From: a virus
Taxonomy: Duplodnaviria; Caudoviricetes
Reading direction: 5' to 3' (one strand)
DNA length: 64,000 nucleotides
Virus record (IMG/VR): IMGVR_UViG_3300028048_001497
Coordinates: 64,001 to 128,000 of that record
The notes beneath the pieces were generated by a model. That model was given only the letters and a program-made list of their open reading frames with translations. It was not told the origin of the DNA and did no database searches. A program made the translations under genes and the position numbers. Positions 48,936 through 58,339 of this stretch are shown here, one piece after another; position 1 is the stretch's first letter, and the number at the start of each line of letters is the position of its first letter.

Positions 48936-49029
48936 AAATTTTATCGTAAGATAAGACCCCCACTTCTAAGCTACGAGGTAGCCGTTAGGCTACCGAGTAA
49001 CGAAAGTGGGGGATGACTAATACTAACTC

Positions 49030-49058
49030 TTGACTATTTTTACAAATAGTGATACAAT
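49030..49058 (+). promoter_or_regulatory. retained tnpB promoter in the MITE
   Basis: TTGACT-17-TACAAT. Confidence 0.65.
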
Positions 49059-49139
49059 TAAATCAAAGGAGGTAAAACAAAATGCTAAAAGCGTACAAAT
49101 TCAAATATCTTGAATGAAGGTAAAAGGCTACTAAAAGTA

Positions 49140-49319
49140 GCCTAAACCATATAAAAACTGTACCGTAGGGCTTACGGAATCAGTATAAAACTAAGCCTAT
49201 GGAGATTGTGTAAGACGTAAAAATGTATGGCTACGCCATACCTCATGCGGTTTCACCGCATACGCTACGGTCTGAGAAGTAGGAATCCCCCCACCTCTTT
49301 AGGTGGGGGAGGATGTCAA
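49140..49319 (+). ncRNA. omegaRNA scaffold carried by the MITE
   Basis: homologous to the reverse complement of 27929-28105; changes such as ccgtagggcttacgg vs ccgcagggcttgcgg preserve the stem. Confidence 0.65.
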
Positions 49320-49404
49320 TTGATATAATATTTCCAATAAAATTATCTATATTTTAATTAGATGATAAAAATTTTTCATAATAGGAAGGATTTGACATAA
49401 TATT

Positions 49405-49815
49405 ATGGCAACTAAAAATAAAAATGATAAATTGATTTCTGAAATGCTTGCAGATTTGATTGACCCCAGTGAGGAAACAGAAGTTGTAGAAAAGTATGGT
49501 AAGAAATGGGCTATGCGTCCGATTTCTTCACAGGAATATCTTGAAGCATTAAAGGAAAGTCAGAGTTATAATAAAGATGATTTAACTCGTATGTTCGGTA
49601 TGCAGATTAGTATTCTTAAACATGCTTTGGTTTCTGTAAACGATTTGGTTCTTACAGATGAACAAAAGACAAAGGTTCTAAATGCAATTAGTCCTGCCGT
49701 TCTTACAACATTGTATAATGAGTTTGAAGTTATTCGTCATAAGAATGATGATGAAATTTCAAAGATTGAAAATGCTTCAGCAGAAAAAACAAAAAATGAC
49801 ACAATTGATGCTTAA
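49405..49815 (+). CDS. tail assembly chaperone, short (G-like) form
   Basis: KYGKKWAMRPISSQEY...LKHALVSVN...LYNEF aligns with the N-domain of 36155..37132. Confidence 0.7.
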   Translation: MATKNKNDKLISEMLADLIDPSEETEVVEKYGKKWAMRPISSQEYLEALKESQSYNKDDLTRMFGMQISILKHALVSVNDLVLTDEQKTKVLNAISPAVLTTLYNEFEVIRHKNDDEISKIENASAEKTKNDTIDA

Positions 49816-49828
49816 CAATTTTTAATAA

Positions 49829-49860
49829 AAAAGTGGTTCTACTTGAATAGAACCACTTTT
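49829..49860. terminator. intrinsic terminator
   Basis: aaaagtggttcta / tagaaccactttt. Confidence 0.8.
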
Positions 49861-49866
49861 ATTTTG

Positions 49867-49880
49867 TATTTTTTTTATAG
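49867..49880 (+). promoter_or_regulatory. putative phage late promoter TATTT-N6-TAG
   Basis: tattt ttttta tag. Confidence 0.6.
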
Positions 49881-49917
49881 GTATTATACGAAAAATAGAA
49901 GTTGGTGAGATTAAATA

Positions 49918-52900
49918 ATGGCTGAACAGATTGTTACATTATCTGATACACAGATAGAACAAACAAAAGAAAAGTTTGAAAAACTTACAAAAGAAATTAA
50001 TCATTTTAATGAACAATTAAATACATTAGTACAAAAATCTTTTGATAACAATAAATTCCAAGAATTATCGGTTGTAATTGAAAAAGTAGCACAGATGAAA
50101 AACAATCAGCAGGAATTTATGGATTTGTTGATGTCTGATTTGTCAGATAAAAGTTTACAACCATTATATGATGGATTAATCAATCAACGTAATATAGCTT
50201 TAACTATTATTTCTAGGATTGGCAAAATTAATGAAAAATCATCAAAGAGTTTAGACGATTTTACAAAGAATGTTGTTGATACATTAACAAAAATTTCTGA
50301 TGATTTTGCTAAAAACGTTGAAGATACAACAGATGTAATTCAAAATTTATCTTCTAATTTTAAAACAAAAGAAGATAAAATTTTAATAGACAGAAAAGTT
50401 TTTTTGAATACAATGCTACAAATGTATTCAGATTTAAAACAAGTTGATATTGCAAAACTTGATGCTTTAACAAATCTTAATGAAGAAGCAGCTAATAAAG
50501 TTATTAATAGATATTCTGGTCAGTCAAAAGCTAAATTAACCAATTTAATTAAGCGTGTTACAGAAGAAGTTAATCAAACTGTTCGAGATAATACTGTTAC
50601 AGATGGTTCTTTAAGTTTACTTGCACAAATAAAAGAAATTCGAGAATTAAATATTAATAATTCAGGTGACGTTAGAGACGTAACTAGAATGAGTAATATT
50701 TTGACTCGTTTAGCAGATGTTAATAAAGACAATCTGGAACAAAGAAAAAATGGATTACTTAGTTCTGTTTCATCTGGTAATTTTTCTGATTTTGCAAAAA
50801 TAGATAAATTTGTTACATTATCTACAGAAAAAGCAACCAAAAATATGCAAGAAATTGTATCTATGAGTGAATCCATTAGTAATAGTAATCCTGATAATCC
50901 AACTGTTGCAAAAATAAATAATGATAAAATAGTACCACAAATTCAAACTTTGATAGAAGATGTTTATAAAGCAAATTCGGAAGTTTTAACCTCTGCTATA
51001 ACAGAATTTGGCAATCAATTTGACGAAGAAGCACATGGTAATGATGAAACTCATTATAATAATGTTCAAGCATTAAATTTGTCTAATGCTTTTACTATGT
51101 CAAGAACATCAAATTATAATAATTTCCGTTTTAATAATGCTTTCAATGGCATGTTTTCTTCTGATACAGAATTAAATCAATTATACAACAATTATAACAG
51201 AAGTACATATGTCTATAATAATGAGATTAAAAGTATATTAAGTAATGAAGAAAACACATCAAAAAAATATGGTATAGATAAAAATGATTTATTGTTGAAT
51301 GATATAAAATCAGGGAGATTATCTTACGGATTAGGGAGTAGCAATCAAAATCTAATACAATTATCTCACGAATTTAATCAACGTAAATTATCTGGAGCAA
51401 ATAAACATGATGAAGAAACTGCTAAAGACATGAGTAAGATGTTGGCAGAAGCTATTCATCAAACGTATCAACAGATATATGTTACTTCTCGTTTTGACCC
51501 AGATTCTAAATTATTAAAAACATTAAAAGAACAAGCAAAACAATTAGAAGAAGAAAAAAATGATTTAGACGAAAGTATCAAGAACAAAGAACTGCAAAAA
51601 CACCATAGTTTATTTAAAGATATAAAAAGTGTAGCAGGATTTTTTGGTAAAGCACTTGCTTTAATGGGGCTAGGTGGACTATTTTCTATTCATAGTTGGA
51701 TGGATAAGATTAAAAATAGAGCCAATGCTAATGGTGAAATGTTGTATAACAACTATTTAGCAAATGCTTCTATTGGTGCTCCCATGTCTCAAAATGCGAA
51801 TGAACTTGTATTTGGATTGGGACAAAATCTTTATACTGCTTCTTATGGACAAATAGATTTTGGTGTTCCATCAGCATTTTATAGAAGTTTAGCTGGTTCT
51901 ATATTAGGTGGTCAAGGTGGACAAAAAGCAAGTGATTTAATGAATTTTACACGTGCTTTTGTTGTACCGTCACAATTATATGGAATTGATGCAGGTACAT
52001 TTTCACAAGGGATAAATGCGTTTTATTACGAAAATCGCATGTCTGCAAAAGAAACGATTGGTATGATGTATCGTGTTATGGCAGACGCTAAAAAAGCACA
52101 AATACCAATTAATCAATACATGAATCTTATTTCGCAGATGGTAACTCAATATAGAACATTAGGTTATAACGGAAAACAAACTGTTGATAACATGAGTTAC
52201 ATGATTGCAGAAGGTTATCGTGCAGAAGATGCAAAATCTTTTATTGGACAGATGTATGATGCACAACAAAACTTTTCTGCAAATTTATATAATTCTGTCT
52301 ATTCTGTTATTGGCGGTGGCGCGGATAACATGTGGCAGGGTATGTATGCTAATTTAAAAACTGTAGATAGATTTGGTAATCCATATAAAGATAGACAAAA
52401 ATATGTTGGTTCTCAAATGTTAGCTAAATTGCATATGGTTACAGATATGTTTGACAATCCTATTATGAAACAATTTGGTGCATATCAGGTAACTAAAGGA
52501 ATGGGTTTGAATATGAAAAATTCAGATGCTATTCTATATGCGATAGAAGATGGTGATGAATCAAAACTTGAAACACTTTTTGAAGGAGCACAACAAGACG
52601 AATTAAGCAAAAATCAAGCTGCAACAGAAGCTACTAAAGGTTTCACGCAGGAATTACAACAAGCGTCTAGCTTATTGTCAGAAACACAAAAGAATAAAGC
52701 AGAAATGATGGCTTCTGCTAATAAATTATCTGATAATTTTGTTGGTCATGGACAAGCTATGCAACAATTTGAACAGATAGCAGAAGAAGGTATCAATAAA
52801 GTAGAGCAGGTAATGGAGCAATTAATTGCTTTGGTTGGACAAATACCTGATTTAATAAAAAAATCCCCATTATTATCACAAGCATTTATGTTTGTAGGCC

Positions 52901-55900
52901 AACATCCATTTTTAACATTGGCAGGTGGTTTGGTAGGATGGTCATTATTAAAAAATGGTGCTAAACACGTTTTTAATTTTGCAAAAGAAAAAGCATTTGG
53001 TCATTGGAATGATGTAAAACATAAAGATGTAACAGACGAAGTTAAAGAAACTACACCGTCTGAAACAAAAACATTAAAAGAAGAAACCCCAAAATTAAAC
53101 AATAATAAAGGTTTCTTTAATAATATGAAATCCAGATTAGCGGATTGGAAACCAAAGTCATTTAATAGTAAATCATTATCTAGTTTAACAAAGAAAATCC
53201 CACATAAGGGATTGATGGGTGTTGTTGGAACAGGTATGACATTAGGGGCTATGTTATTGGGAAGTTCTTCTAGTGCTTCTGCAAATCCTTCTGAACAGGG
53301 GGACGAGAATCAATCAGAAGAACAAGATGATGAACAAAGCATAAATTCTATGTATATTATGTTCAAAACTGGTAATTCAAAAGTTACTTTCTATAACAAA
53401 GACGGTAAATTAATTGATGTAACAGGAAGAACAGGCATTGAATCGTGGTTAATGCAAAATGGATTTAGTTTGTTTAGTGCATTAACTGTTGCTACTGCTG
53501 CAGGTGCTAGTGGAAAATTTGCATATGACAAACTTAAACAGTTTAAAGAAGCAAAATTTCCAAAATTTCCTAGTGTAAAAATGCCAAAAGAAATATCTGA
53601 AAAAGATATACAAAATACAGAAAAATTAGCTAATCCATCAACAAAACCATCAATGCTAGATGCAACTCTTACTTTTTTGGGTTTAAAACCGGGTTCTGAA
53701 AAAGGTAAACCAAAAGGAAAAGAAAAATTATCTGAAAAAGAAAAAGTACCAAAAGAAAGTAATTGGTCTAAATGGGGTGGAAGATTATTTAATTTCCTTA
53801 CTGTTGCTGGTTCAGTTGGTAGTGAATTATTATCTGATGATGATAGAACAACAGGACAAAAAGTTGTAGCAGGTGGAATAGAAGCAGGTACGGAATTAGC
53901 TACATATAAAGTTTTGGATAAAACAGTAGGTAGAATACCGTATATTGGCAAACCATTAGCTTTATTATTGCCTTTTGCTGATTCTTTATCAGGTACTAAT
54001 ATAATGTCTAAAATATCAGAAAAAGCAAAGGCATTTGCAGGTGTACAGGCTAAATATAAATCTGGTAATGAAATGTTCCTTGATGCAATGAATAATCAAA
54101 CAGGAATGACAGGTGCAAGTTTTGAGAAATTAATTCATTCTGAAACTGCGCAAGGTAATTATTTTAGAAGTTATTTATCTGCAAACGGTATTGAATATGA
54201 CAAATTAAATGAACAAGAAAAATTATTCTTTAAATTGCAGATGGATGAATTAGCATTTGTGCAACAAAGTGTTGCTAAAGTTCTTGCATTAGCTATTATT
54301 GCATTAAAAAATGCACAAATATCAGGTAATTTTAATTTAAATGATGATGACGATTCTATCTTTAAAAAAGATGGAAAGAAATTAAAAGATGATATTATTC
54401 AAAAAATAAAACAAGATGCTCAAGATTCATTTCCAGAAGGTGGTCATGATTTTGAGAATATTAATCAAGCTGCACATTTTGTAAAATATGGTCAACGTTT
54501 ATATGAAAAATTAAACGATGAAGGGTATGATTCTGAAAAATTAAATCAATTAGCAAGTGCGATTACTTATGCTAAATATAGCGTTTGGGCTATGAATGGT
54601 TTTCAAGATTATGATTTGGATTATTATGGAACAACATGGACAATTACGAACCCATATGAAGATGATTCTTCTGATAGAACTGAAAGCGAAGATATTGCAG
54701 ATACCACCTATTCTGGAGGTATAACACCGGTACTTAAAGAAATTTGGGATAGGTGTCATGGAAAATCTTCGGAAGAAATATCTCGTGAACAAGCTCAAAA
54801 AATTAAAGAAGATTTACAAGAACAGTATGGCGAAACAATTGCAGAACAAATATCAAGTGGATATAATAATTTAATTTTTGCTGGTTGGGTTGGTCCTGTA
54901 AAAAAACAATATATGACTGAATATGCACAAGAAAAAATGGAAAATCCTGATAATATGGAAGATGATACACAACAAAATTCAAATCAAGCTCCAGATTTTT
55001 CAAATGCGAATGCTGGAGCATATGCAAGTATGGTAGAACAAGCTAAAATGATTTCTCAATTAACTGGTTTACCAGCAGATATAATATTTGCGCAATTAGC
55101 ATTTGAAACAGGTCAAAATCCATCTGATATGGCATATTCTGATAAAATTCATAATTATGGTGGGACTACTGTTGATATGGGGCATGGAAAAAATGATAGT
55201 GGCTTTGGTATTTATGTAAACAATAAAGAGGGCGCAGAAGCATATGTAAAAGGTACAGTCCCAGTTAGAGACCAATTACCACAATTAAAGGAAGCAATCG
55301 CACAAGGCGATTTGAAAAAATATGTACATTTATTAAAATATGGTATGGAAGAGTCTGGTAAAGGAAATTATCAATATTTTACTGGCGATGAAAATGAATA
55401 TTTAAATGGTATAATGTCTTATTTATCATTAGCTCATAAATTAGGATTGAATGGTGTAACACCTAATGGTACATTTAATTTTTCAAATTATACTCCTAGA
55501 ACTTTAAAAGAACAAAGTGATAAAGCATGGGAAGATTATAGAAAAGCAGTTGGGAATGGAAAAAAAATAAGCGGTTATTTGGTCAATGGTATTTACATTG
55601 ATACAAGTAGGCAATATCAATCTGTTGAAGAACAAGGTAAAAAATTACGTGAAGCTATGAGGGATGGTTCTTATTATACAGACCCACAAAAAGTATATCA
55701 AGAATTAGACGAACTAAACAAGAAAAATGCAAAGAAAATTGTTGAAGATACTAATACTCAAATCAAAAAACAACAAGAAAGTCAAAAACAAATACAAGAA
55801 ATGGCAAAAAAAGAAGCAGATGCAAAAAAACAACAACAGGAACAAGAAAATAAAGATAAGACTGTTTGTAGTTTGTCTGTTATGGGTACATTAAAACAAG

Positions 55901-55992
55901 GAATAGAATTAGAACAAGTATTAGATGTTATTAAAGCTATTGCGCAAGCAGACGGATTTAATACTGATACGAAAATGGTTCAACAGGGGTAA
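49918..55992 (+). CDS. tape-measure-like protein 3 with glucosaminidase (GH73)-like domain
   Basis: 2024 aa; IIFAQLAFETG...HNYGG...YVHLLK...YFT; shared TMP core and C-terminal block with TMP2. Confidence 0.78.
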   Translation: MAEQIVTLSDTQIEQTKEKFEKLTKEINHFNEQLNTLVQKSFDNNKFQELSVVIEKVAQMKNNQQEFMDLLMSDLSDKSLQPLYDGLINQRNIALTIISRIGKINEKSSKSLDDFTKNVVDTLTKISDDFAKNVEDTTDVIQNLSSNFKTKEDKILIDRKVFLNTMLQMYSDLKQVDIAKLDALTNLNEEAANKVINRYSGQSKAKLTNLIKRVTEEVNQTVRDNTVTDGSLSLLAQIKEIRELNINNSGDVRDVTRMSNILTRLADVNKDNLEQRKNGLLSSVSSGNFSDFAKIDKFVTLSTEKATKNMQEIVSMSESISNSNPDNPTVAKINNDKIVPQIQTLIEDVYKANSEVLTSAITEFGNQFDEEAHGNDETHYNNVQALNLSNAFTMSRTSNYNNFRFNNAFNGMFSSDTELNQLYNNYNRSTYVYNNEIKSILSNEENTSKKYGIDKNDLLLNDIKSGRLSYGLGSSNQNLIQLSHEFNQRKLSGANKHDEETAKDMSKMLAEAIHQTYQQIYVTSRFDPDSKLLKTLKEQAKQLEEEKNDLDESIKNKELQKHHSLFKDIKSVAGFFGKALALMGLGGLFSIHSWMDKIKNRANANGEMLYNNYLANASIGAPMSQNANELVFGLGQNLYTASYGQIDFGVPSAFYRSLAGSILGGQGGQKASDLMNFTRAFVVPSQLYGIDAGTFSQGINAFYYENRMSAKETIGMMYRVMADAKKAQIPINQYMNLISQMVTQYRTLGYNGKQTVDNMSYMIAEGYRAEDAKSFIGQMYDAQQNFSANLYNSVYSVIGGGADNMWQGMYANLKTVDRFGNPYKDRQKYVGSQMLAKLHMVTDMFDNPIMKQFGAYQVTKGMGLNMKNSDAILYAIEDGDESKLETLFEGAQQDELSKNQAATEATKGFTQELQQASSLLSETQKNKAEMMASANKLSDNFVGHGQAMQQFEQIAEEGINKVEQVMEQLIALVGQIPDLIKKSPLLSQAFMFVGQHPFLTLAGGLVGWSLLKNGAKHVFNFAKEKAFGHWNDVKHKDVTDEVKETTPSETKTLKEETPKLNNNKGFFNNMKSRLADWKPKSFNSKSLSSLTKKIPHKGLMGVVGTGMTLGAMLLGSSSSASANPSEQGDENQSEEQDDEQSINSMYIMFKTGNSKVTFYNKDGKLIDVTGRTGIESWLMQNGFSLFSALTVATAAGASGKFAYDKLKQFKEAKFPKFPSVKMPKEISEKDIQNTEKLANPSTKPSMLDATLTFLGLKPGSEKGKPKGKEKLSEKEKVPKESNWSKWGGRLFNFLTVAGSVGSELLSDDDRTTGQKVVAGGIEAGTELATYKVLDKTVGRIPYIGKPLALLLPFADSLSGTNIMSKISEKAKAFAGVQAKYKSGNEMFLDAMNNQTGMTGASFEKLIHSETAQGNYFRSYLSANGIEYDKLNEQEKLFFKLQMDELAFVQQSVAKVLALAIIALKNAQISGNFNLNDDDDSIFKKDGKKLKDDIIQKIKQDAQDSFPEGGHDFENINQAAHFVKYGQRLYEKLNDEGYDSEKLNQLASAITYAKYSVWAMNGFQDYDLDYYGTTWTITNPYEDDSSDRTESEDIADTTYSGGITPVLKEIWDRCHGKSSEEISREQAQKIKEDLQEQYGETIAEQISSGYNNLIFAGWVGPVKKQYMTEYAQEKMENPDNMEDDTQQNSNQAPDFSNANAGAYASMVEQAKMISQLTGLPADIIFAQLAFETGQNPSDMAYSDKIHNYGGTTVDMGHGKNDSGFGIYVNNKEGAEAYVKGTVPVRDQLPQLKEAIAQGDLKKYVHLLKYGMEESGKGNYQYFTGDENEYLNGIMSYLSLAHKLGLNGVTPNGTFNFSNYTPRTLKEQSDKAWEDYRKAVGNGKKISGYLVNGIYIDTSRQYQSVEEQGKKLREAMRDGSYYTDPQKVYQELDELNKKNAKKIVEDTNTQIKKQQESQKQIQEMAKKEADAKKQQQEQENKDKTVCSLSVMGTLKQGIELEQVLDVIKAIAQADGFNTDTKMVQQG

Positions 55993-56018
55993 TCATTATT
56001 TTAATAATGATTACTTTT
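55989..56018 (+). terminator. intrinsic terminator
   Basis: gtaatcattatt / aataatgattac plus tttt. Confidence 0.65.
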
Positions 56019-56031
56019 ATTTTTTTATTAG
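56018..56031 (+). promoter_or_regulatory. putative phage late promoter TATTT-N6-TAG
   Basis: tattt ttttat tag. Confidence 0.6.
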
Positions 56032-56055
56032 AGAAACTTTATGGTGGTGAATAAA

Positions 56056-58245
56056 ATGGCAATTATGGTTGGCGGAGGTTTTGGTGGTTTTCAATCGTCT
56101 AGTTCTGGTACTACATTTAGTGGTGGTAGTGGTTTGGGGCGAGATTTACAATCCCCAATAGATTCAATAGATTCTTCTACAACAGGGACTACATTTTCAG
56201 GAGGGGCTACATTTCCAAGTAAAAGTAATGATGGTACATCTACATCATCAACAGGAATAACAAGTCACCCTGGTAGTGAAAGAGTTTGGAAAACAGTAGG
56301 TACTGCGGTTTTAAGTGGTGTATTAGGTAAACAATTTAATAAAGTTATAGGAAAATTAACAGGCCAAAAACAACAAGACTATAGTATGGAAGGTGCGCCT
56401 ATTGATATACCAGGTACATTGATGGGTAATTTAAAAAATGTACAAGGTACAAAAACATATTTAAATAATTATGCTCGTTATAATAATTATTTAACATGTA
56501 ATTTGGGTATGGCACAAATGGCTTCTGATAGATATATGTCTATTAAAGAACGTATACCTATGTCTTTTGAATATTATGAAACTCCAAAAAAGAAAAAAGA
56601 AGTTGTTATGTATATTAACCCTGAAAACATGACAATTAGTACATCAAAAATAAAACAGAAAGTTATTACTCGTGGAGGAATATATTTTCATCATTACGGT
56701 GATGATGTATGGAGTATGAAATTGTCAGGTACAGTTGGTTATGCGCAAATGCGTGGTATAGAAGCGTTGGAAGAAATATATTTTCATTCAGGGGCATTAT
56801 TAAAATATAACCATATTGCGGTAGATACAGTACATACGAACAAAATTACATCTGCCACAAGCAGTTCTATTAGTGATAGATTAGAAGAATTAAGAAAAAC
56901 TGGGCCAATAGGTAATTATCTTGCAAAAGTAATTGGTACTGCTACAGATGCTTTAGGGTATACACAAGGTAAAGATGGGAAATCGGATAATAGCTTAGTT
57001 ACCAAATTAGGTAAGCATGGTGGTCTATTGGGTAAAATTTTCAATAATAAAAAATCTAGTGAACAAAGCGGTAAAGAATTATTTGCTTGTTTAGCTAATT
57101 CTAGTAAAAATTTACAAGATGGTATTAACAATAAAGCTAAACGTAAAAAAGCTGGTGGTATTTCTCGAAAAGAAGTACAAGAATTAATGGCAGTAGGCTC
57201 ATTAATTACAGGTAAACCAACACAACAAAAGGCTATGTTTAATAGTATTTTTGCTAATCTAAAAAATACTATGGGTAACTTTTGTAGTAAAAGTATATTA
57301 GGCGCAATAGCAGCAGATATGACCGAAACATTAAGTACAGGTAAATCTTCTAATCAAAAGATGATGGATTTAATGGGTTTATTAAATAGTGGAACAAAAG
57401 ATTTTTTCCAAAGCACATTAGATGTATTAACAGGACATGGTTCAGATACAGATACAGGTACTTCTATTGCTCCTTCATCTGCAATTAATGGTAATTATTA
57501 TTCATTTGATATAAATTCTCGTATGGATTTAAATAATGTGGTTAGAACAGTTGCTTCTTATGGCGCAGACCATACTATTGATAAAAAACAGGCATATGAA
57601 CAGTATAAAGATTTAGAGGGAGAATTGACAGACCGATATCGCCCACGTCAAATTATTATGTATTTTGATGATAGAGTATATATTGGTCATTTTGATAGTT
57701 TTAACTATAGCAGAAAAGCTACGACACCATTAATTTATTATGATATGACTTTTACTATTACGAGACAAATTAAAATTACACCAAAATCATTGTATAAGAA
57801 TAAGAATAAATCTTCTTTAGGCGATTTGCTAGGAATGATGGTAGCAGGACAAGTATTTGGCGGATTTGGTGATGGAACAGATACAGGTTCTTCATCGAAT
57901 AATAAAAAAGATAGAAAAAAAGACAATAGTAAAGGTTCTTCTTCTACTACTACTAAAACTGGAACAAAATCTTCTAGTGGAATAGATTATAAAGATTCTG
58001 CTTATGATAGTATTTATGAATATGAGAAAAATGCACAATATTATGAAGCACATGGCGAAACATCAAGAGCAGGGATTTATCATGAAATGGCACACCAACA
58101 AGCTATGTTAAAAGGTAATGGATTGAATTATTCTAGGTCAAATGTAAATACTGCTGAAAAATTGGTTGATGATGTAATGAGAGGACATGGTGAACCAAGA
58201 AGCTATGACTTAAAAATTAAAGAAAGTAAAATTCATGAAGATTAA
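56056..58245 (+). CDS. putative baseplate / tail-tube initiator protein
   Basis: MYINPENMTIS..K..TRGG..HYGDD..MKLSGT and YIGHFDSFNYS..PLIYYDMTFTI resemble tube-like initiator folds; follows the TMPs. Confidence 0.65.
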   Translation: MAIMVGGGFGGFQSSSSGTTFSGGSGLGRDLQSPIDSIDSSTTGTTFSGGATFPSKSNDGTSTSSTGITSHPGSERVWKTVGTAVLSGVLGKQFNKVIGKLTGQKQQDYSMEGAPIDIPGTLMGNLKNVQGTKTYLNNYARYNNYLTCNLGMAQMASDRYMSIKERIPMSFEYYETPKKKKEVVMYINPENMTISTSKIKQKVITRGGIYFHHYGDDVWSMKLSGTVGYAQMRGIEALEEIYFHSGALLKYNHIAVDTVHTNKITSATSSSISDRLEELRKTGPIGNYLAKVIGTATDALGYTQGKDGKSDNSLVTKLGKHGGLLGKIFNNKKSSEQSGKELFACLANSSKNLQDGINNKAKRKKAGGISRKEVQELMAVGSLITGKPTQQKAMFNSIFANLKNTMGNFCSKSILGAIAADMTETLSTGKSSNQKMMDLMGLLNSGTKDFFQSTLDVLTGHGSDTDTGTSIAPSSAINGNYYSFDINSRMDLNNVVRTVASYGADHTIDKKQAYEQYKDLEGELTDRYRPRQIIMYFDDRVYIGHFDSFNYSRKATTPLIYYDMTFTITRQIKITPKSLYKNKNKSSLGDLLGMMVAGQVFGGFGDGTDTGSSSNNKKDRKKDNSKGSSSTTTKTGTKSSSGIDYKDSAYDSIYEYEKNAQYYEAHGETSRAGIYHEMAHQQAMLKGNGLNYSRSNVNTAEKLVDDVMRGHGEPRSYDLKIKESKIHED

Positions 58246-58339
58246 TAACAATATAGAAAGAAGTATATTATTAATGTTAAAAGTACATAATAATTTTTAT
58301 CAAAGCAAAATAATATTAGTTGGAAAGTGGTGAAAATAA

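Larger units (their letters stand above)
48945..49319 (+). mobile_element. 375-bp non-autonomous MITE derived from the 27929-29353 TnpB element family
   Basis: near-identical left end, promoter, RBS, first ~7 and last ~13 tnpB codons, full right end ending TCAA; flanked 5' by TTTAT. Confidence 0.9.
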
